Positions 13,051 to 26,349 of a DNA stretch of 64,000 nucleotides are shown one piece after another. The DNA is from Octopus bimaculoides (taxonomy: Eukaryota), in the NCBI RefSeq assembly GCF_001194135.2, contig NC_068984.1, forward strand, positions 30,908,126-30,972,125. Direction: 5' to 3'. Positions within the stretch are counted from its first letter, which is position 1, and each line of letters starts with the position of its first letter. Under the pieces are notes generated by a model, which saw nothing but the letters and a program-made list of their open reading frames with translations, did no database searches and was not told where the DNA came from. The translations under genes were made by a program, and so were the position numbers.

Positions 13051-13885
13051 TGAATACCAGATGAGCAGGTATTATAACTTTTCAGCAATATGTAGGAATA
13101 TTTATGCTATTATTCTTTATTAGTGAATGAAGTGACTGTGTTTCATTCTATGGAGAAGACAATACATAACTTCACAACTCTAAATGTTTCATAAGAAAAA
13201 AAAACCAATAATATAACGGACCAGAATATAGGATAAGATGATTACTGATTGTCTAAAATGAACTAGCAAGGGAGACATGCTGCAGTTGTTAGACTTGCTA
13301 TAAAATGCAGTCAAAATTATATTTCAAATCATACACTACCAGTCATCTAGTATAAAAAAAGAATACAACAAATAGTGTAGTCTCTGATAGGCAAAACATT
13401 GTGTAGGTCAAAGCTTATGAATCAAGGTTGATATTAAGCTGAATAGCAAAAACAACACACTTTTGTTCTTTCTTTTGATTTTATTACCTTATAATTTATA
13501 TTCATTGGGAAGATAAAATTCTATTTCTTGTTTAATTAGCTGATAGTTCCTCGCAGGTGAGACCAATATAAAATATAGGTGGTGAGGCCAATGTTAAGAA
13601 TGAAAGCTAAATAACAAGTGAAATGTTTTCTAGTAGTAAGAAGGTAAATGATATCAAGGAAGAATTGGTAAAGTATTCTGTTCTGCCCTCTTTAAATTAC
13701 TGCAGCAGAATAGTGCAGTTAGAAAGAAGATTAGTGGAGAGGGGAATATCTTTGGGGGGGGGGGGGAAATAGCAGAGAGGTGGACAGTTGCACAAACACA
13801 CTCACACACTCATTTTCTTTAAAGCATTCGCTTGTTACAAGATCCTTAGACCACTGGAAATGTAAAAGATACTAGAATAAAATGG

Positions 13886-14190
13886 ATGCTAGAGAGAAGT
13901 CAATAGGTGACAATGTACATTAGACTTAAAAGACTGGAGGTCATGTTGAAGAGGAAAACAAGACTGCTGAAGGGAATTCCAAAGTCCAGAGGTGCAAGGG
14001 AAGAAACTAGTACTGTAAAATGATTTATGACACTTAGGAGGTTGCACAGTATACTGATGAGAACTGGATGACAAGTCCAGTTGATCGATGATACGTTCTT
14101 AAAGGGGGAACCAAAGAAAAGAGCTCAGCTGAACAATATCCATGAAAGTACTTATAGAAAAGAGACAAGGAAGCCATGTGTAACCGATTT
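13886..14190 (-). mobile_element. Jockey/CR1-like LINE 3' end
   Basis: ASLSLFYKYFHGYCSAELFSLVPP...SFYSTSFFPCTSGLWNSLQQSCFPLQHDLQSFKSNVHCHL*. A probable further piece (LLTLYKTQ) lies at ~15900-16080. Confidence 0.8.
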
Positions 14191-14369
14191 TAATTCTTAG
14201 TCCAATATTTCATAGATTTTATCTATTATACATCCTCCCTTGGATTTTTTAGATTTTTAAACTAGTTTTGTACAGTACACTTTTCTTGATGGTGTCTGAC
14301 CTCCTTCTTCGTGCAAGTTGCACCATGGTGGTTCTTCTCTAAATTATTAATATATATATATATATAAAC

Positions 14370-14530
14370 GAAGGGCTTTTTTTTAGTTTCTATCTACCAA
14401 ATCCACCCACAAGACTTTTGTTGGCCTGAGTCTATAGTAGAAGACACTCAACCAAGGTGTGATGCTGTAGGACTGAACCCCGGAACCATGTGGTTGGGAA
14501 GCAAGCTTCTTACCACAGAGCCATGTCTGC
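14370..14530 (-). mobile_element. SINE family 2 head
   Basis: TACCAAATCCACCCACAAGAC...CTATAGTAGAAGACACT...GGACTGAACCCCGGAACCATGTGGTTGGGAAGCAAGC; similar minus copies at ~48830-48980 and 52868-53030. Confidence 0.85.
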
Positions 14531-17157
14531 ACCTATACACATGCATATATACATATATGCATATATATATATATATATATANNNNNNNNNNNNNNNNNNN
14601 NNNNNNNNNNNNNNNNNNNNNNNNNNNNNNNNNNNNNNNNNNNNNNNNNNNNNNNNNNNNNNNNNNNNNNNNNNNNNNNNNNNNNNNNNNNNNNNNNNNN
14701 NNNNNNNNNNNATATATATATATATATAACATCAAGATATATATATGTAGCTCATATTCATCTGAGGTAGGCATTCCTATAAAACTTTGTTCAAAGTTTT
14801 ACCTATGCAGGTGGATGAAGTGAACTGAGGATTCGAGTGTTAGTGCTTCTTAAGATATATAATAGGTGAGGGATCATAAGACCTTAGGGCACATGACAGC
14901 AGAGATTTCTTTGAAATACAATATGACTATAGTTCTGGTATCATTTAAATTTAGAATGACCATCCTACAATTTAAAGGAATAGATAATTTCATATAATTA
15001 GTGGTAGAAGTTTTCTTCAAATGATTAGAATTGTTAAATTCTCTAAGATGAATTCATTCCAAAAAGACCACCCCAGGATTTTCTCTAGGATAAAATTCTC
15101 AACATCTGCATATTTTTTCAGATAAAACCAGGAACTTGTACTCTCTCCTGCTTGATATGTATTCTAATTTCGTATCCAAGGTACAAGTGGAAATTCTAGA
15201 TACACACATAGGAATGCTCTGATGGATATCAATGACCTCCACTGTAAGCTGATGGCAGACTTCAGGTTACTAGAGAAAAAATGATAACTGTTTCTGTTGC
15301 CTTTGAGATGTTAAAAGAAAGGTTGATAAACCAGAGAAGTTATGTTTCTTTGGAATGGCTATAAGTATTCAAAATAAAATGTGTTCAGGAATTGGAGTTG
15401 TACATGAAATGGTGCGTTGCTTTCCTGATAATTGTCTTGCAATTGTTGCAAAAGTGCAATAGTAAATACATAACACACAGTGTGTGATGGTGCATAAATA
15501 TCTAAAAGTACTGTAAGCAGTCTTTTATGTACAGCTGCAACACCACTGTAAGTCAAACCACTTGGGAGAATTAGCTTGGAGTGGGAGGGTTGTCGATTTT
15601 ATTTGTGTGAGACATGTTAAGTTAATTATTTTAGTCGTGAGGAAGAGGCAGTGACCATGACCTATACAGGCCTTCGTAGACTGGTGAGAAAATCACCATT
15701 AATATCCAAGTTACATAGTGGCACATTATTGGCTGCAAGACAGACATTTGCAGGTGTGGAATTCCATCAGCTGGCTTTTTAGCTATGCATAAGGGCTAGT
15801 GTGAGGGTTGAAGTGATAGTGGTAGATACAATATGGTTGATAATAACTGGCTGAGTTATGAGTGTGTGAGAGGAGAGAGTATGAAACTAGTCTGCTATGA
15901 GAAACAGAGTTCATCATGGTAGTGAAATAAATGACATTCTAGGTTGTTTGGGCTTGTAGCAGCAACTGCAGCACCATTCTAGATGCTGAGTTTTATAAAG
16001 GGTTAATAAATGATGGAGACAGAAGTGTTTTCTGAATCTGAAGGGAAAGGCCAGTATTAGAAATGCAGCCCTTTCTAGGTTAAGGGTATGTGTTTACCAA
16101 CAGAAGCCCTAATAAATTTTTAATAATATCAACAATTCAAATAATGGATTCACCACATAACACATTGTAATATTAAACAATTGATAACATAGTCACTCTA
16201 CAACAGCAAACAATTACCCTTATCAAACATTTTTTCCCCAAATCCTAAGCCAGAATATACAGAAGGAAAACAGGATTATAAAATGTAAAATATGTACCTG
16301 CCATCTTGCTTTTGACATTGATTTCTTCCTTCCACCTGACATCAATCAATTGGACAGCAATAATAGCAGGAAAGTTTCATTGAAATAGCAATACTGACAC
16401 TCTCTATCTAATACAGGAAAAAGAGAGAAGAGACTTAAGTCTAGTAGCCATTATGAGCTGTATGATATCCTTAAAGTAACAGCTACCAAACAACAGCATC
16501 AAAAATTAATACATCATGTGTTTAAGAGCAGAGGAAGCAACATTTGTGAGTTGAAAGTGAAGACCCCAAGAAGCACTCATGCTCTGATGATATTTAATGC
16601 AACCTCAGATCTATTGAATAAATCCACCTTAAACCTATAATGCTTAAATTATCAATACACAGAAAAAATTATTGGTGTTCAGAAATTGTTGCAGTAACTG
16701 CTACATATTATAATTACTAGCAAACAATAATATTTTGTTCAAACAAAACAAGTCTTTAGATCTAGTCCAAGCTTCTAATTTTGTCATTTTCTTCCCATAA
16801 GAATACAGTATTTGAAGTAACAATAATTATTAACAAAAGGTTTTATAAAATTAACCAAGACATTGAATAATAAAAGATATACATCGGTATTTTACTCATA
16901 AACATGCCTGCATTAATACTGAGTGTAGAATCTCTTGGATTTGTATTTTCTATATTACACAACGTTTTGAAGGTTCAACTCTTGTAGTTTTGAAGCATGA
17001 AAGAAACCTAAAAAAACTGCTGTTGAAATAAAGAGAATAGGGAAAAATTGACATTAAGAAAATAGCACCAAAAATGTCAATTATTTCAGATTTCAAGAGA
17101 AAATACTTCACTTAATCAGAATGTTATCATATTCTTATGTTTATTATATTTTGCTGA

Positions 17158-18016
17158 ATTGAGTTGTCCGGAAAGTACATGCTGATTTTTAGTTGTTCAT
17201 GTTCCAACACATTAGAACAAGCCAAATTTATCAACATGTATAAAATGCTTACATTTCCGGTTAGTACCCACTTTAACCTATCTCTTGAGAAAGACAGTTT
17301 GAAGTTACTTAATTCGTGTAAATTTGGCACCCCCATGAAAATGGAAGATTATAAGGTGCATTTTAGACACTTGATGCTTTTTTATTACCGTAAAGGCAAA
17401 AATGCCTCTCAAACAATAAAAACAGATATGTGCTGTGTACAGTGAAGGTGCTTTAGCTGACAGAACTGTATAGAAGTGGTTCAATAAGTTTAGAGTTGGT
17501 GATTGTAGCCTTATTGATGAAGAACGTCCAGGCAGACCCCCACCCACTTCAGATGATGACAAAATCAAGACATTGAGACATACTGTTCACAACTGGATGA
17601 TTTAAAGGCAGCAATTCAAGAAAAAACCCCAGAATTTTGCAAACAGGAAAAGTGTTGTTTTCCATTGGGATTATGCCAGACCTCATATTTCTTTGGAAAG
17701 CCATCAAAAATTGTCGCAGCTTGGCCAGGATATGTTACCTCCCCTGCCATATTCACCAGACATTGCTCCTTTGGATTTTTATTTATTCAGCTCCTTTCAA
17801 AATAATCTCAATGGTAAAAATTTTAATTCTTTGGAGAACATAAAAAAACCACCTTAATGAGTTCTTTGCCAAGAAACCACCAAAATTCTGGGAAGATGGA
17901 ATCTTTAAGTTGAAGGAAAGATGGAGAAAGGTTGTGCAACAATATTTAATGACATAATTTTGTTTTGTCTATTAAGTTCCCTTAAAAATCAGGATGAAGT
18001 TTGTGAACAACCCAAT
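17158..18016 (+). mobile_element. Mariner element, internally deleted (~860 bp)
   Basis: TIRs ATTGAGTTGTCCGGAAAGTACATGCTGATTTTTA and TAAAAATCAGGATGAAGTTTGTGAACAACCCAAT; HTH MEDYKVHFRHLMLFYYRKGKNA...EERPGRP; C-terminus WDYARPH...PYSPDIAPLDF...WEDGIFKLKERW. Confidence 0.9.
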
Positions 18017-19479
18017 ACAATAGTATCTGAAAGAGTGTTCTAGACAGTAGAACTTTTGTGCAATCCACTGGCTTGTCAGCTCCTGTCAAACCATCCAACC
18101 CATGCCAGTATGTGCCAGTCACTTATGTGAAAAAAATTTCCATTGCTTAGCATTCACTACAATAGCATCGAAACTTAAGGTTTCTTTGCTCTTGCTATAA
18201 ATTTCAATTTTTATCTATAATCAAACTTTTATGCCCTTGTTTATGTTTACTCAAATGCTTAAACCCTTTCAGCAACAAGCGATCCGTAATCATTCTTATT
18301 AAAATGTTCAGATTTAAATTAAACCTTGGTAAAAAATATACTTCTAACATGAAGGATGTTGTGAGATTTCAGTTGCTTATGATATCATTTAAGATCGTAT
18401 TTAAATTGAAGCAAGAATTATTGTGATTTTCATTATTTTAAACTTGGATGCTTGTTTTGGAATAAACTCACATTTAATTGTGTTTAAGTAACATCCCATA
18501 TTGAGGTGCAAGTATTGCTCATTTGATTTATGTTATTCTAAAGGTTTTGCTTTTACTGTTTATTCATGTTTGTTTTAAGTTATAAAATTCCTAATTTTAC
18601 TTGTCTGTTTTAAAAGTAAATGCTAAGCAGTGGAAATGTCTTCCAAAAGCATCTAAGCATTGGGCCAGGTAAAACAACTTGAGAGGTGCAGAAGAACTAA
18701 AGGGTGATCATTCAGTAGTTGGTTAACATTTGCACCACATTAAATAATCAAAAAGGCAGCTTGATAAATGTGTAGTGCACAAATTGAATGAAATATAAAA
18801 ACCTATGCCATTATAAAGTCTGTGTGCCTTTGCAGGTTCAATAAAACTTATCCATTTCTTAACTATGTAGCAACATGATAAAATAAGTTTTTATTACAGC
18901 TGTCAATATTTTATGCAATTGCTGACCTGAGGTAAAGCATCAAAATGCTTTTCCCTAAATGAAGCTGCATTAAAAAAAAAAATACTAAATATGACCACAC
19001 TTTGGTCATTGGCAAGTAAGTTCCTTGACTTCTATTTCCTGAATCACATCACAGCTGAGAAGTATTGCCAGAAATCATCCAATGCATCAAAAAGCTGCCA
19101 CATTTACATTCAGAAAGCATCTTTGATAATGCTTGACCTTAAATGTCACAAATGCCTTTGCAAAATGATATTTGACAAAGTGGCATACACAACCTTATCT
19201 AACCAGCTATCTCCTTAAACATTTATTCAACTGACCACCATTTTCTTAAGCATCTAAATGATTCCTACAGAATGCCTTCAACAACCAAGCCAACAGTTCA
19301 AAATACCTTTAAAGGAATCCTTGGCTCCATGACTTCAAAATTCTATATTTTTCCAAATCATTGTAGCCAATGTTATGTTAAACAACACAGTGTCAAAAAT
19401 CTCTGTACATAATTAGCTCTGGTGGATTCCACTGCATGTCTCTACCAATAGCATCAATGTAGTTGAATGCATTTCATTT

Positions 19480-19950
19480 TCTTTTAGGATTCAAATCCCC
19501 TGATATTTTTTGATTGCCTATTAAATCTCCCCTTTGGTCTGGTGATCATAACCTGAGATGTTTTGAGCCCTCATGACAAGCTTGGTATATATACCATCAA
19601 GATGAAGTTCTTCATTGGTCCTTCTTCGTTGTTCAAATTTCAGCCCCACAGAGAGGAATGCTCTCTATACATTGTTAACTTCTGAATATTTGATTGTCAA
19701 ATGTTTTAAAACTTATTATAGGAACTCTTGACTTATCCATTGCATGTAAGAAAATCTTTTGTATTGTCAGTAATGCAGGATCCAATGTACTCAAAGTTAC
19801 TGACTTCCTTGAGATTTGTGCCATCAGTGGAACACATTAGTAGGTGGTTATTGATGGCCATGTGTTCAGACTGCTTTACTTTGATGAGTAGTATGACTTT
19901 AGCTGCTGCATTCTCAATAGATATCTTATGCATTCCTCACATCTATTAAT
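19480..19950 (-). mobile_element. RTE-X-like LINE fragment
   Basis: LKEVSNFEYIGSCITDNTKDF, then ESIPLCGAEI*T...LDGIYTKLVMRAQNIS (consensus VLLYG.E.WT...LDG.YTRMLR...NIS). Confidence 0.72.
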
Positions 19951-21229
19951 TTTAATAGACTTATTTCTTGCTACATTCTTCTGATTATTATTTAGTTTGG
20001 CAGAATTTTTAAAGTATTGGATGATAAGCCTTGCAGTGTTTCCATATCTTTACCTTTTGGGTTTGGATTGCATGATGGCTGTCTTTGCATTTCATCCTTC
20101 AGGATAGATAAAATAAAGTACCTGTCAAGTAATAAGTAGAATTTAATTGATTATCTTCTTCCCCGATATTTATAGATTTGTGGCTGAGTTAGAAATGTTT
20201 ATTTTGATTAGCAAACTTTATTCAAGGATATAGTGATTTAGAATCAATAATTAAAAACTGAAAGTATTTTTATACTATCTATATATTTTACAAAACCCAT
20301 AAAAGTCCTGTTGAAAATATAAACATAAGCCTTCTACTCAAGAAATTAATCATAAAATGGCAAAGCAATCACCATCCTCATCATCGTCATTCAGTATCAA
20401 TTTTCCATGCTGGCATAGGTTAGACCAACTGGAGCCTATCAGCAAAGAAAAAAAATGTCATCTAAAATACATTTCCCAAATTCATTTTATAAGAGAAATC
20501 GAGAAAGCTTTTTTCTAAAGTTTATCATTTGTTGCTGTTCAAATAATAATAGCGATACTTTGTTTCTTAGAAATTGATAAATTTCTATAGAATTAAAAGA
20601 ATTAAAGATAAATATGAACAAACTTTTGCTTCTTGCAAAAATGAGGACTCTGAGTTGCACTGCAATAAATTATCAACTTCTTCCAAATATATACACTTCA
20701 TTTATTGTATACTCTTCTCATTATTATTGACAAACTTATGGTCTAGTTTGTTAAATTAATAAGTTGCATACATTAATATGTTAAACTGTGAAGAAACTAC
20801 AGACCAGTATTAGGTGGTAAAATTAGTTACAGTGAACTATTGTTTAAACTAATATTTATTTGATTTTAATTACAAAGCAATGAAATACTTTAAATGTTCA
20901 CAGAAATACAGGACCAGCAATAAAATGATAGCAATTATCTTTGATGGTTTCAGTTAGGAAAATCATGATTATACAGTTTAGAAAGAACACATCAAATCAT
21001 AATTACTCCCAATGAATAGTTGAACACACCTAAGATGAATGTTATTTCTCTTCAATATTTCTTTATATAAATGAAGTAAAATATGTTTGAACAAAATTCT
21101 TTATTAAAACTCCATTTCCTTCAAAATGCTTTACATTTTATATTGGCCAGGAGCATAAAGATAATTTTTTGTTAAGTCAAACTTGTTTCAAAGGAGTTCA
21201 GTTTTAATTTTAACAAATAATTCTTTCAC

Positions 21230-21635
21230 TTGCCCTCTCCAACGACATAAATATAGCTAAACTGTTTGATGAAGAAGCCAATGTGGCAATGGCTCACTAG
21301 TTCAGCCCTGCAAAAGTTAACTAGAATTAAAAGCATTGTTTGCATATCTAAATTGAAGAATTTTAGAAGTATCTGGATTCTTGAACCAAATAGCTTGACA
21401 ATAGTAATGCATCGTCGAAAAAGAATTGTGAATTCAATATTTATTCTGTATTTATCATTTGATTGAACTATGAGTACCCATGAATCTATTTGAGTTAAAA
21501 GAAAATTCTGTTTTGAAAACAAATCAAAAATAGTTGGATTGGTTTGAAAACTAAATATTGATGATTGGACAATTGAACACACTGTGTTGCCATTATATAC
21601 AAGACAATCTATCTTGAGTATGACAATATGAGCTT
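21230..21635 (+). mobile_element. Possible very degenerate pogo/Tigger-like transposase, interrupted by the hATm element and resuming at ~23656
   Basis: Frame fragments ELKALFAYLN*RILEVSGFLNQIA and IDDWTIEHTVLPLY, then IRDTGYFKY after the insertion, resemble the CENPB-HTH/DDE_1 order (KA..A..L...F.AS.GWL ... W...LP ... N.DETGLF). Many stops. Confidence 0.35.
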
Positions 21636-23647
21636 TAGAGTGGCCCTTAGCAATAGGTAATTTTTCAAAAGTTACAACTTTGCTGCTCCCTCCTACTAAT
21701 CCTGTTCCAATAAACAAAACAACAGGGTGTGCAAAATCTCAGCTTAATCAAACAACTGCTAGGTGACCCTCAACTGCCTTGAAGTTGGAACATAGTATAC
21801 ACAACAATTAATTCTGTTCAAAAGCAATATACTGTTCCCTTTCTTGACCGTTTTCATTTTTCTTCTTAGAGAAATTTATGTGGACACATCCAGGCAATCT
21901 CAACAGATGTTTAAAAACGTTTTGAATTAAATTTACCAATAGCTAATTTGAAAACTTCCTGAAATAAGATGAAAAACTTAGGAAATATTAGGTTTTCTTA
22001 AGAAAGCACACAACTTCTATAAGAGAAACACATTTTTATTAACAACGATAATTTATATAGAACCAAAAACATAATGTGGACACTGAACACTGAATATTGA
22101 ACTTTATTTTTGCATAAGAGAGGATTTAGTGGTAGTTGGGCATGTTTTACGGTTTTCGGTATTGATCTGTAAAACAAATTGTTTCTCAGTTTGATCTTTT
22201 GTGAGAATGTTATTGTAATCCTGAATGAGTTTGATACCTCTTACTGCAACATTATTCACAACAACTGTCTTCTCAAGTCCCCTTTTGTAACCACGATCGT
22301 CCTTCCATAACAGAAACCAGACTCAAACATACCTTTGAGCAAGAAAAATACATATTCTACTTAAAGAGTTCTTCTTCCCAAGAGATAACTGAAATTGATC
22401 TTGAAACAGGTATATTTTGAATGCGTGAATTGCTTTTGATACTCACCTAGCATGACTTACAGCTCCTGGTGTATGTAACGATATCCTGTTCTTCCGAATG
22501 CTGCCAAGAAAGATTATTATTAAGTCCAACAATTCTCGGTAATCCTTTTGCTGTTGTTTCTGCATAGAAAGGTGGTATTCAAGAAATCCAAGAATGGTAG
22601 AACAGACATCATCAGGCACTTCATTGCTACTAGTTATGTAAACCCTCTTGTTGAGTTTCGTCCAGGTTTCTCTCAATCTTTTGAAAAACGCCATGTCTGG
22701 ACCAGAAGTTGAACTCATCAGTGAGTCAAAACAGCCCCTAAAAACTAACTAAAAAATGTGATGATGCCAAAAGAAGAACAACAGGCTGTGATTGAACAAC
22801 TTTTCAAGATTTGTACTGGCACCATTCACTCAACTTGTGTTGCTTGCTGTCGTATCACAGCAAAGTTCCTGAATTGTGTTGGTTATACTCCACTTCTCAA
22901 CTGCTTCATAAACAGCCATGGCTTGCTATCCTCCTGAAGATGCTGGAATTTCAGGGACTCCCAACAATAGCTCCTTGACTCGAAATGTTACTATTATTGC
23001 CAGTCTATCAACCTTTTCAATGCCTGTGAGTGCTGGGAGCAGCTTTCCATCCCAGTGCAGCACTAATTCTTGACAATCATTTAGGCTAAATTTGTACTGT
23101 ATTTCTAGGTGTCTCGCTTCTCTAAATTTTGGTGTAAGGCATTTATAACGAGTATGCAAAGCACATAACATTAGAAACATAGTATTACAGGGCTACCAAC
23201 ACAACAGGGGAAGATCTTTATCATAATGCAGACAAGTCATATTAGTTCGCTGTTTATCACTAATGTATATTTCTTAATATTTTATTTCTCAACCTTACTA
23301 TTAGGTGCAGTACAATTCTTTCAATGGTGTTTACTCTATACCTCCACTCTATCCCCAGCTTTGCAAGTTGCCTTCCCCATTATATTTATTGTCACTTATC
23401 CTTCTATTACCAAGAATAAATGTGAACAAGTTTTTAATTTAAGAGAGAATTATATATGAGATAAAAATTTTTATCGGAAAAAATGACTTTCCGGATGAAA
23501 ACTTCAAAATTTCATGGTTAATGAGGGTCGCGTTGCAGTTGTTTGATTGAGCTAAAATTTTGCATAGATTGTTTTTTTTTTGTTAATTGGAACAAGATAG
23601 GGGTGGGGAGCTAAAATTTAGAAAGTTGAAAAATAAGGGCCACTCTA
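21636..23647 (-). mobile_element. hAT-superfamily (hATm-like) DNA transposon, internally deleted, with long TIRs and an 8-bp TSD
   Basis: Both ends begin TAGAGTGGCCCTTA; imperfect inverted similarity extends ~130 bp (21636-21772 vs 23522-23647). Flanks ATGAGCTT (21628-21635) and ATAAGCTT (23648-23655). Transposase pieces at ~22110-23180: LVLHWDGKLLPALTGIEKVDRL, DYRELLDLIIIFLG...PGAVSHAR*VSKAIHAFKIYLF, VVNNVAVRGIKLIQDY. Subfamily name is from recalled motifs. Confidence 0.88.
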
Positions 23648-24829
23648 ATAAGCTTGCATAAGGGACACTGGATACTTTAAATATTGTCAGTTTTAAGTGA
23701 TGCATTGTTTTCTTAAAACAAAAAGGCAATCTATCTCAAGCAAGATAACCAGTGCTTGTATAAGAAGGTTTTAATGTTTGATATTGGTAATGAGAAAAAC
23801 GAAAATGAGTGTTTAAAAGATTGTTGTTATCTTTACATTTGCTTTAGATAAGAATTTGTTTACTCCTTAATAGAATACTGAAATTAGTAATGATAAGATC
23901 ACAAAAATGATCAGATTGATTTTATCTATTTTAATCATTTGCACTAAACTAACTTCTTAATAAAGGAAACTATCTTTCAAGGTTATGCTGAAAGGAAAGA
24001 AGCTATATAAGAATTGATTACTATGTTCTAAATACAAAAATGCTGTGAATCTCTGCTATACTGCTAGAGAACTAGCAATTCAATTGTACAAGACTAACTA
24101 GTAGTGGTATCACCTATTATACCCCCTCAGATGGTGTCATAGGAAGAACCAAGGTGATATAATTAGTACTGGAAATAGTTGTGAATAAGCTAACAGAAAA
24201 ATAACTGATATAAAAATTTCATTGACATTTTACTTCTGTTGACTGCAAAAGGTTGATTTTTCCATACAAAATGCAGAAGAAGGAATCATTTGTAAAATGT
24301 GAGAACACTGAGGTAGAAAAGTGACATGCTCTAAGATTGAATACTTGTAATGATTAAAGGTAAATGGTTTGAATAGTATTTGACTGTTGGATATACGACT
24401 TGGCTGTGAATTTGAGTAAAGTATCATTTGATGTATACAGAGTTACTGACATGAGCGTGTGAATTTAAATAGCAGTAGCTGGAATAAAATGATGTTTAAT
24501 ATCTTAGTTGTGGAAAGGTATATATTGCTGAGGAAGAGTGCATACAAAATGAGAGGTTATTCAAAGGATATTGCACTTCACAAATGGAATGACACAAGAT
24601 TAAGTGGAAAGACAACATGCTATAAAGAAATATGAAACACCGATGAGTTTTGTATAGGTTGAAGTAAGAGTGGTTCCAGTATATTCATATTGCAAGAATT
24701 TGTGTTTTGCTTCAAGCCTGCACTTTCTTTCCTTTTGCTAATATTTTCCTGCTAAACAACTGATTTTTACTTTTCAGAGTCATACACCCCTTCCAATAAA
24801 TATGATGTGAAGGTAGAAATAGTGTCAGA

Positions 24830-25200
24830 TTTGGTGATGGCTATAATCAATGTGATGGGAATAATCATAACAATGGACTTAGTAGTAAAACTGGAATTTG
24901 CAAGTGAGTTGACATTAGGGAAAAGATGAACATTTAGATGATGATATAATAAAGATAGCAGCAGAAGAAATTCACAATGATGGTAGCAAGGGTGGGAGTG
25001 ATGCAAATAAGAGCAAAGACAATATTGACAGTTATGATAATTGTGGTACTGGAGGCAGTTGTAACTGAAATGGTGATGTTGATGTTGATGATAATAATGA
25101 TGATGATGGAGATAATTATAGTAATGATAATGTGATTGAGTTGATGATAATAAAATGATGAAGAGGGATGTTGGTGGTGATAATGATTTCAAACCTGTAA
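24830..25200. repeat. Degenerate (GAT/GGT/AAT)n low-complexity tract
   Basis: Produces the His-rich pseudo-ORF 24767-25204. Confidence 0.85.
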
Positions 25201-26039
25201 TCATCTAATGCTGTTATTTCTCATATCTGTGAATAGAATAACACCTCCCTATTATTGCCATCATGATTAGACCACCATCGTCACCTCTTACCTTATGGAA
25301 AAAGCAGCCACGTATATAATATTTCCCATCAAAATAATGAAAGGCATTTAATAAAAGGCATAGTTGATCAGTGAGAACTCTTACTCCTTTTATCTACCTT
25401 TGTACAGAATGCTACCTTGCAGAATCAAGAATTCTTTATTAGAATATCTGTAAAGTTAAACAATATATATCGTGAAGCAAAAGTAGTAAAATATGTGAAT
25501 GATTTAAAAAGCTGTAAATCTTCGTATGATGCCATAAAGAGTGAAAGGAAGTGTGAAATAGAGAAAAAAGGACAATCTTTCAGCTTTTGCTACAACCTGA
25601 TTGGCTAGAGCTGAGACAGTGTCATCTTACTTGAATGTTACAAATTAGTTTAGAGTTTTAAAGAAATCTCAGGCCATGATGTATTGTTCAATTTAACACT
25701 CTTTTAATGCTTTTGTAACCATAAATCTTATGAAATAAACTGCCTACTCATTTCAGTATCGAAAAATCAAGAATTTAGAAGGATCTAGAAAAATAATCAA
25801 TGAAGTAATTAGAGTATAACTTAACAAAACATTCTAATATGAAATTAAAACTGAAAGTCTTAACTTGAAAATGAACATTATAAGGTTAGTAGTTTTGTAT
25901 CATGGAACAGAAAGTGATCAGAGACAAATTGCTATCAAAATGGTTAAGCCCACTTATAATATTTAGCCTTCGTTGGAGGCTAGAAATCAAAAAGCCATTA
26001 AATGAAACTATTGATGCCAACTAAATGATGTTTGTCATT

Positions 26040-26283
26040 TTACTCTTCTTTATATGTCATCAACACTCATAGCCCATGTTTCACTGCCATGTAGCATCAC
26101 AGTTTGCACACATGCATCATACAGTCTACCTTTTCCTCTAAGTGAGAGGCCCTTTGTCACTAGCAGAGGTAGGAGCTCTCTGAACTTTGCCCAGGCTATT
26201 CTTATTCTAGTGGCAACACTCTCAGAGCATCCACCCCCACTACAGACTTGGTCACCTAGGTAGTGGAAACTATCAACTATCAA
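26040..26283 (-). mobile_element. RTE LINE RT fragment
   Basis: DSFHYLGDQVCSGGGCSESVATRIRIAWAKFRELLPLL...LYDACVQTVMLHGSETWAM; same family as 34990-35260. Confidence 0.9.
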
Positions 26284-26349
26284 TTACTTCTGTGTGTCTG
26301 GATATGTATAACTACTAGTACTTGTATACTAGGTGGATTAAAATACATC

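Noticed and set aside
21226-21717. 163-codon open frame, the longest non-repeat ORF
   Set aside because: Starts at TTG inside the hATm TIR and reads out into the flank; no ATG start or recognisable domain; the opposite strand looks like a decayed pogo-like transposase.
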